The translations under genes and the position numbers were made by a program. Positions 60,387 through 64,000 of a stretch of DNA of 64,000 bases are shown piece by piece. The stretch spans positions 660 to 64,659 of the forward strand of contig DWXU01000041.1 in assembly GCA_019119065.1 (NCBI GenBank), read 5' to 3'. The notes below the pieces were generated by a model. That model saw nothing but the letters and a program-made list of their open reading frames with translations. It was not told the DNA's origin and made no database searches. How positions within the stretch are numbered: position 1 is the stretch's first letter; each line of letters begins with the position of its first letter. Origin of the DNA: Candidatus Microbacterium pullistercoris (GTDB lineage Bacteria > Actinomycetota > Actinomycetes > Actinomycetales > Microbacteriaceae).

Positions 60387-61085
60387 TCAGTCGGGCAGCA
60401 TCTTCGTCAGTGCCTGCTGCACGAAAATGCCGCGCACCTCTTCGAGACGGTCCGCGAGTCTCGGTCCGATCTCGTGCGCACGTGCCCGCGATCGCGCGTC
60501 GCCGCGCCGCAGCACGTGTGCGAGCGACGTCTCGATGAGCGTGACCTCTCGTTCGGCGCCCTGCTTGAGGGAGCGAACGTGACGCGGGTCGATGCCGTGC
60601 CGCTCGAGCGCGACCAGTGCACGCAGCAACGCCACGTGCTGGCTGTCGTACGTCTCCGCGGGCGCGATGAGTCCGAGGCTGAAAGCATCGTTCAACAGCT
60701 GAGCGGGCGCCTCGGCCGCGGCAAGCAGATCGGCGCGGGAGTAGGCACGACCCGTCGGATGAATCGACTGCGGGGCCTGCGGCAGCTCGGGCTCGCGGCC
60801 GGCATCGACGTCATCGAGGTACTCACGAATGACGCTCAGCGGCAGGTAGTGGTCGCGCTGCAGGGTGAGTGCGAGGCGCAGTCGCTCGACGTCCGTGGAC
60901 GCGAACTTGCGGTAACCCGACGCCGTGCGCTCGGGGGTGACGATTCCCTGCACTTCGAGGAATCGCAGCTTGCTCGAGGTCAGCGCGGGGAACTCCGCCG
61001 ACAGCTTCGACAGCACCTGCCCGATCGAGAGCAGTGCGGCCGACTTCTGCGCAGCGGATCCGCGTCGTGCGGCCGCCGCGGCCAT
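60387..61085 (-). CDS. MerR family transcriptional regulator (FtsR / Rv1828-like)
   Basis: LSIGQVLSKLSAEFPALTSSKLRFLEVQGIVTPERTASGYRKF. Lies directly downstream of the FHA gene, with 1-nt stop/start sharing. Confidence 0.8.
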   Translation of the reverse strand: MAAAAARRGSAAQKSAALLSIGQVLSKLSAEFPALTSSKLRFLEVQGIVTPERTASGYRKFASTDVERLRLALTLQRDHYLPLSVIREYLDDVDAGREPELPQAPQSIHPTGRAYSRADLLAAAEAPAQLLNDAFSLGLIAPAETYDSQHVALLRALVALERHGIDPRHVRSLKQGAEREVTLIETSLAHVLRRGDARSRARAHEIGPRLADRLEEVRGIFVQQALTKMLPD

Positions 61086-61582
61086 CAGGATCCCGCCGCC
61101 GGGAGGTCGCGAGGCGAACTGAAGAAGTTCAGTCGGAACTTCCCGACGCGCACCTCGTCACCGTTGTGCAGCTGCGCCCTGTCGACGCGTTCGCCGTCGA
61201 CGTAGGTGCCGTTGAGCGAGCGCTGGTCGACGAGATCGAATGAGGCGCGGGAGCGCGTGATCTCGGCATGGCGGCGCGACACGGTCACGTCGTCGAGGAA
61301 GATGTCTGCGTTGGGGTGACGCCCGACTGTCGTCGCGTCGCGGTCGAGCAGGTAGCGCGCGCCCGCAGCGGGGCCAGACCGCACGAGGAGGAGCGCGGCG
61401 CCCGACGGAAGGGCCGCGATCGCGTCGAGCTCGGCCTGCGACAGGTCGCCGCGGAACGGGATGAAGGAGAGATCCGAGTCGTGGCCGAACGTCTGCGTAT
61501 GGTCGCCGGAGCCGTCGTATCCGCCCACGTTATGAATGTGCCTCGTCGCCGGTGACATCGGCTCGTGTTGCTGATCTGACAC
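61085..61582 (-). CDS. garA: FHA domain protein (GarA/OdhI family)
   Basis: GRHPNADIFLDDVTVSRRHAEI...SLNGTYVDGERV...GDEVRVGKFRLNF. GTG 61582 is preceded by GGAAGGAG; ATG 61558 is the alternative. Confidence 0.85.
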   Translation of the reverse strand: MSDQQHEPMSPATRHIHNVGGYDGSGDHTQTFGHDSDLSFIPFRGDLSQAELDAIAALPSGAALLLVRSGPAAGARYLLDRDATTVGRHPNADIFLDDVTVSRRHAEITRSRASFDLVDQRSLNGTYVDGERVDRAQLHNGDEVRVGKFRLNFFSSPRDLPAAGS

Positions 61583-61688
61583 GCGGGCTCCTTCCGTTGT
61601 CAGAAGCCTATCGGATCCGACCGAGCACACGCCGGGGAGATTTCTTGACCGAACCGATATTCTCGGCGAGCGTTCCGGTCCGACTCCT

Positions 61689-62453
61689 ATGGTGGCGGAC
61701 ATGATGAGTTCCCCCGCTCCCGCCTCACGCCGCTCGGCACTCCTGCGCGCCCTGATCGCACTCGGCGCAGCCGTGCTCGCCGCGTCGTTCCTCACGCCGA
61801 CCGCAGCGTTCGGCCACTCTTCCGTCGTCGGCTCGTCGCCGGAGGGCGCGACAGGAGAGCCCGGCACCGTCGAGGTTCTTCCCGGGAACGTGTCCGTCAC
61901 GTTCTCCGACGACCTGACCGAGCCGCTGCCGGCCGACCAGCAGCAGGGCGCGGAGTCGAACACCCAGGTCCGCGTGTTCGACGACAGCTGCGCTGCGGTC
62001 GCCGAGCTCGGCGCTGACGAACTCGCCGGACTCGCCGAGGGTGCGGTCGACTGTCGCAACTATGCCACGGGCGACGCGGTCGTCGAGGGCCCGACGCTCT
62101 CGCAGGAGCTCGACGTCGCCGACGCGCCCGCCGCCACCTACACCGTCGTCTGGCAGGCGATCTACAGCGATGGCCACCCGGGCAGCGGGTCGTTCACCTT
62201 CGTCACGGAGAGCGCCGTGGACGCACAGGAGGCGGACACCGCCGAGCCGAACGCGGAGGACTCGCCTGCACCGACGGCGGAGGCAAGCGACGCACCGTCG
62301 ACCGAGACGACGACAGGTGCCGACGCGCCCGAGGATGCGGACGAGCAAGGCGCGCTGGCCGGGCCGATCATCGTGGCGATCGTCGGCGGCGTAATCGTGC
62401 TCGCGCTGATCGTGTTCATCGTCGTCATGATGGCCCGTTCCCGGCGGTCGTGA
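61689..62453 (+). CDS. CopC domain copper-binding protein with acidic linker and C-terminal TM anchor
   Basis: Signal peptide ending AAFG/HSSVVGSSP, which gives an N-terminal His in the mature protein. YTVVWQAIYSDGHPGSGSFTF, then a hydrophobic C-terminal helix. Confidence 0.75.
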   Translation: MVADMMSSPAPASRRSALLRALIALGAAVLAASFLTPTAAFGHSSVVGSSPEGATGEPGTVEVLPGNVSVTFSDDLTEPLPADQQQGAESNTQVRVFDDSCAAVAELGADELAGLAEGAVDCRNYATGDAVVEGPTLSQELDVADAPAATYTVVWQAIYSDGHPGSGSFTFVTESAVDAQEADTAEPNAEDSPAPTAEASDAPSTETTTGADAPEDADEQGALAGPIIVAIVGGVIVLALIVFIVVMMARSRRS

Positions 62454-62495
62454 CCGCGGCGACACCCGCACGCCCGAAGCGATTAGGCTGAGAAC

Positions 62496-63893
62496 ATGGC
62501 TCACCACGACGTCGTCATCCTCGGCGCTGGCCCCGGCGGTTATGTCGCGGCCGTACGCGCCTCCCAACTCGGCCTGAACGCCGCGATCATCGAGGAGAAG
62601 TACTGGGGAGGTGTGTGCCTCAACGTGGGGTGCATCCCCTCGAAATCGCTCCTCAAGAACGCGGAACTCGCGCACACGTTCACCCACAAGGCCGACTTCT
62701 TCGGCATCTCCGGCGATGTGTCGTTCGACTTCGGCGCGGCGCACGACCGCAGCCGCAAGGTCGCGCAGACGCACGTCAAGGGGATCCACTTCCTCATGAA
62801 GAAGAACAAGGTGACGGAGTACGAAGGTCGCGGCACCTTCGTCGACGCGAAGACGATCGACGTCGCACTCTCGGACGGGGCGACCGAGCGCGTGACCGCC
62901 GACAACGTCATCATCGCGACGGGGTCGACCGTGCGCTCACTGCCCGGCATCTCCCTCACCGAGAACATCGTGTCGTACGAGGAGCAGATTCTCTCGCGCG
63001 AGCTGCCGAACTCGATCGTCATCGTCGGCGCCGGCGCGATCGGCATGGAGTTCGCGTACATCCTGTCGAACTACGGCGTGAAGGTCACGATCATCGAGTT
63101 CCTCGATCGCGCCCTGCCGAACGAGGATCCGGACGTGTCGAAGGAGATCGCGAAGCAGTACAAGAAGTACGGCATCGACATCCTCACCTCGACGTCCGTC
63201 ACGGGCGCCGAGGACAACGGATCCAGCGTGCACGTCACCTACAAGAAGAACGACGGCACCGAGGGCGAGATCGATGTGGACAAGGTCCTCATGTCGGTCG
63301 GGTTCGCTCCGCGCACCGAGGGCTACGGCCTCGAGAACACCGGCGTGAAGCTCACCGAGCGCGGCGCTATCGACATCGATGACCACATGCGCACGAACGT
63401 CGACGGCGTCTACGCGATCGGCGACGTGACCGCGAAGCTGCAGCTCGCGCACGTGGCGGAGGCCCAGGCTGTCGTCGCAGCCGAGACGATGGGCGGCGCC
63501 GAGACGCAGACGCTCGGCGACTACCGCATGATGCCGCGCGCGACGTTCTGCTCGCCGCAGGTCGCGAGCTTCGGCCTCACCGAGGAGCAGGCGAAGGAGG
63601 CCGGCCACGACGTCAAGGTCGTGAAGTTCCCGTTCAGCGCGAACGGCAAGGCGAACGGCCTCGGCGACGCCGTCGGCTTCGTCAAGCTCATCGCCGACAC
63701 GGAGCACCTCGAGCTGCTCGGCGGTCACCTGATCGGGCCCGATGTGTCGGAGCTTCTGCCCGAACTCACGCTGGCGCAGAAGTGGGACCTCACCGCGCTC
63801 GAAGCGGCGCGCAACGTGCACACGCACCCGACACTCTCCGAGGCGCTGCAGGAAGGCTTCCACGGCCTGGCCGGCCACATGATCAACATGTGA
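62496..63893 (+). CDS. lpdA: dihydrolipoyl dehydrogenase
   Basis: [10 protein letters not shown] and the redox-active disulfide [13 protein letters not shown], plus a C-terminal HAHPTLSE-type motif (HTHPTLSE). Confidence 0.95.
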   Translation: MAHHDVVILGAGPGGYVAAVRASQLGLNAAIIEEKYWGGVCLNVGCIPSKSLLKNAELAHTFTHKADFFGISGDVSFDFGAAHDRSRKVAQTHVKGIHFLMKKNKVTEYEGRGTFVDAKTIDVALSDGATERVTADNVIIATGSTVRSLPGISLTENIVSYEEQILSRELPNSIVIVGAGAIGMEFAYILSNYGVKVTIIEFLDRALPNEDPDVSKEIAKQYKKYGIDILTSTSVTGAEDNGSSVHVTYKKNDGTEGEIDVDKVLMSVGFAPRTEGYGLENTGVKLTERGAIDIDDHMRTNVDGVYAIGDVTAKLQLAHVAEAQAVVAAETMGGAETQTLGDYRMMPRATFCSPQVASFGLTEEQAKEAGHDVKVVKFPFSANGKANGLGDAVGFVKLIADTEHLELLGGHLIGPDVSELLPELTLAQKWDLTALEAARNVHTHPTLSEALQEGFHGLAGHMINM

Positions 63894-63906
63894 TCCACGC
63901 GCTTCG

Positions 63907-63948
63907 AAATGATGAGGCCCGGACCGTACAGTCCGGGCCTCATCATTT
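63907..63948. terminator. bidirectional stem-loop after lpdA
   Basis: AAATGATGAGGCCCGGAC-cgtaca-GTCCGGGCCTCATCATTT is an 18-bp stem flanked by A/T runs on both sides. Confidence 0.65.
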
Positions 63949-63958
63949 TCGCCGACGC

Positions 63959-64000
63959 TACTGGCCGAGCGCGCGAGCGAGCTTCGAGGCCGACGACGCG
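63959..64000 (-). CDS. 3' end of an unidentified convergent gene (only 13 codons visible)
   Basis: The minus-strand frame ...ASSASKLARALGQ* has uniformly G/C third positions and ends in TAG just beyond the shared terminator. It is too short to identify. Confidence 0.25.

Overview
This is a 64-kb window of about 70% G+C DNA from a high-GC Gram-positive bacterium (Actinomycetota). Gene order and protein sequences look Micrococcales/Microbacteriaceae-like, but that is inference only. The window is almost entirely conserved core genome, read here by hand from the ORF track and the sequence.

Gene content, left to right:
- an AI-2E permease fragment, lemA and trpD
- the respiratory bc1-aa3 genes: ctaE-qcrCAB on the plus strand, ctaC-ctaD-ctaF on the minus strand
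- erpA, an M20 dipeptidase, a DUF3043 gene and pyrD-nrdR-hisD
- a low-complexity membrane protein and dnaE
- a DUF222/HNH endonuclease gene
- rluD-like, lspA and the full division/cell-wall (dcw) block: divIVA-yggT-sepF-yggS-ftsZ-ftsQ-murC-murG-ftsW-murD(like)-mraY-murF-ftsI-ftsL(like)-rsmH-mraZ
- a DUF3040 gene, a polyprenyl synthase, an Rv2175c-like regulator, a LysM protein and a PASTA Ser/Thr kinase
- a class II DAHP synthase, plsC, an acyl-CoA ligase and def
- an EspI-like ParA/MinD ATPase, pyc and an orphan parA
- an ABC-2 exporter with a divergent tetR
- merR, a ftsR-like gene, garA, a CopC protein and lpdA

Many neighbouring genes are translationally coupled through ATGA/GTGA overlaps. 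I found no rRNA, tRNA, CRISPR array, prophage, biosynthetic cluster or recognisable defence island. I do not see a convincing self-contained novel multi-gene system.

The observations most worth a second look are:
1. The dcw cluster lacks murE. Its murD-position ORF is a 330-aa relic with no P-loop lysine and no C-terminal domain.
2. A 1-kb non-coding, repeat-rich spacer lies between qcrB and ctaF. A related-looking 93-bp tandem duplication lies between the kinase gene and aroG.
3. A 34% G+C patch sits in front of the DUF222/HNH gene, which is wedged next to dnaE.
4. An EspI-like ATPase has a very long polyacidic N-terminus and is coupled to def.

All long ORFs antisense to these genes are treated as high-GC artefacts.
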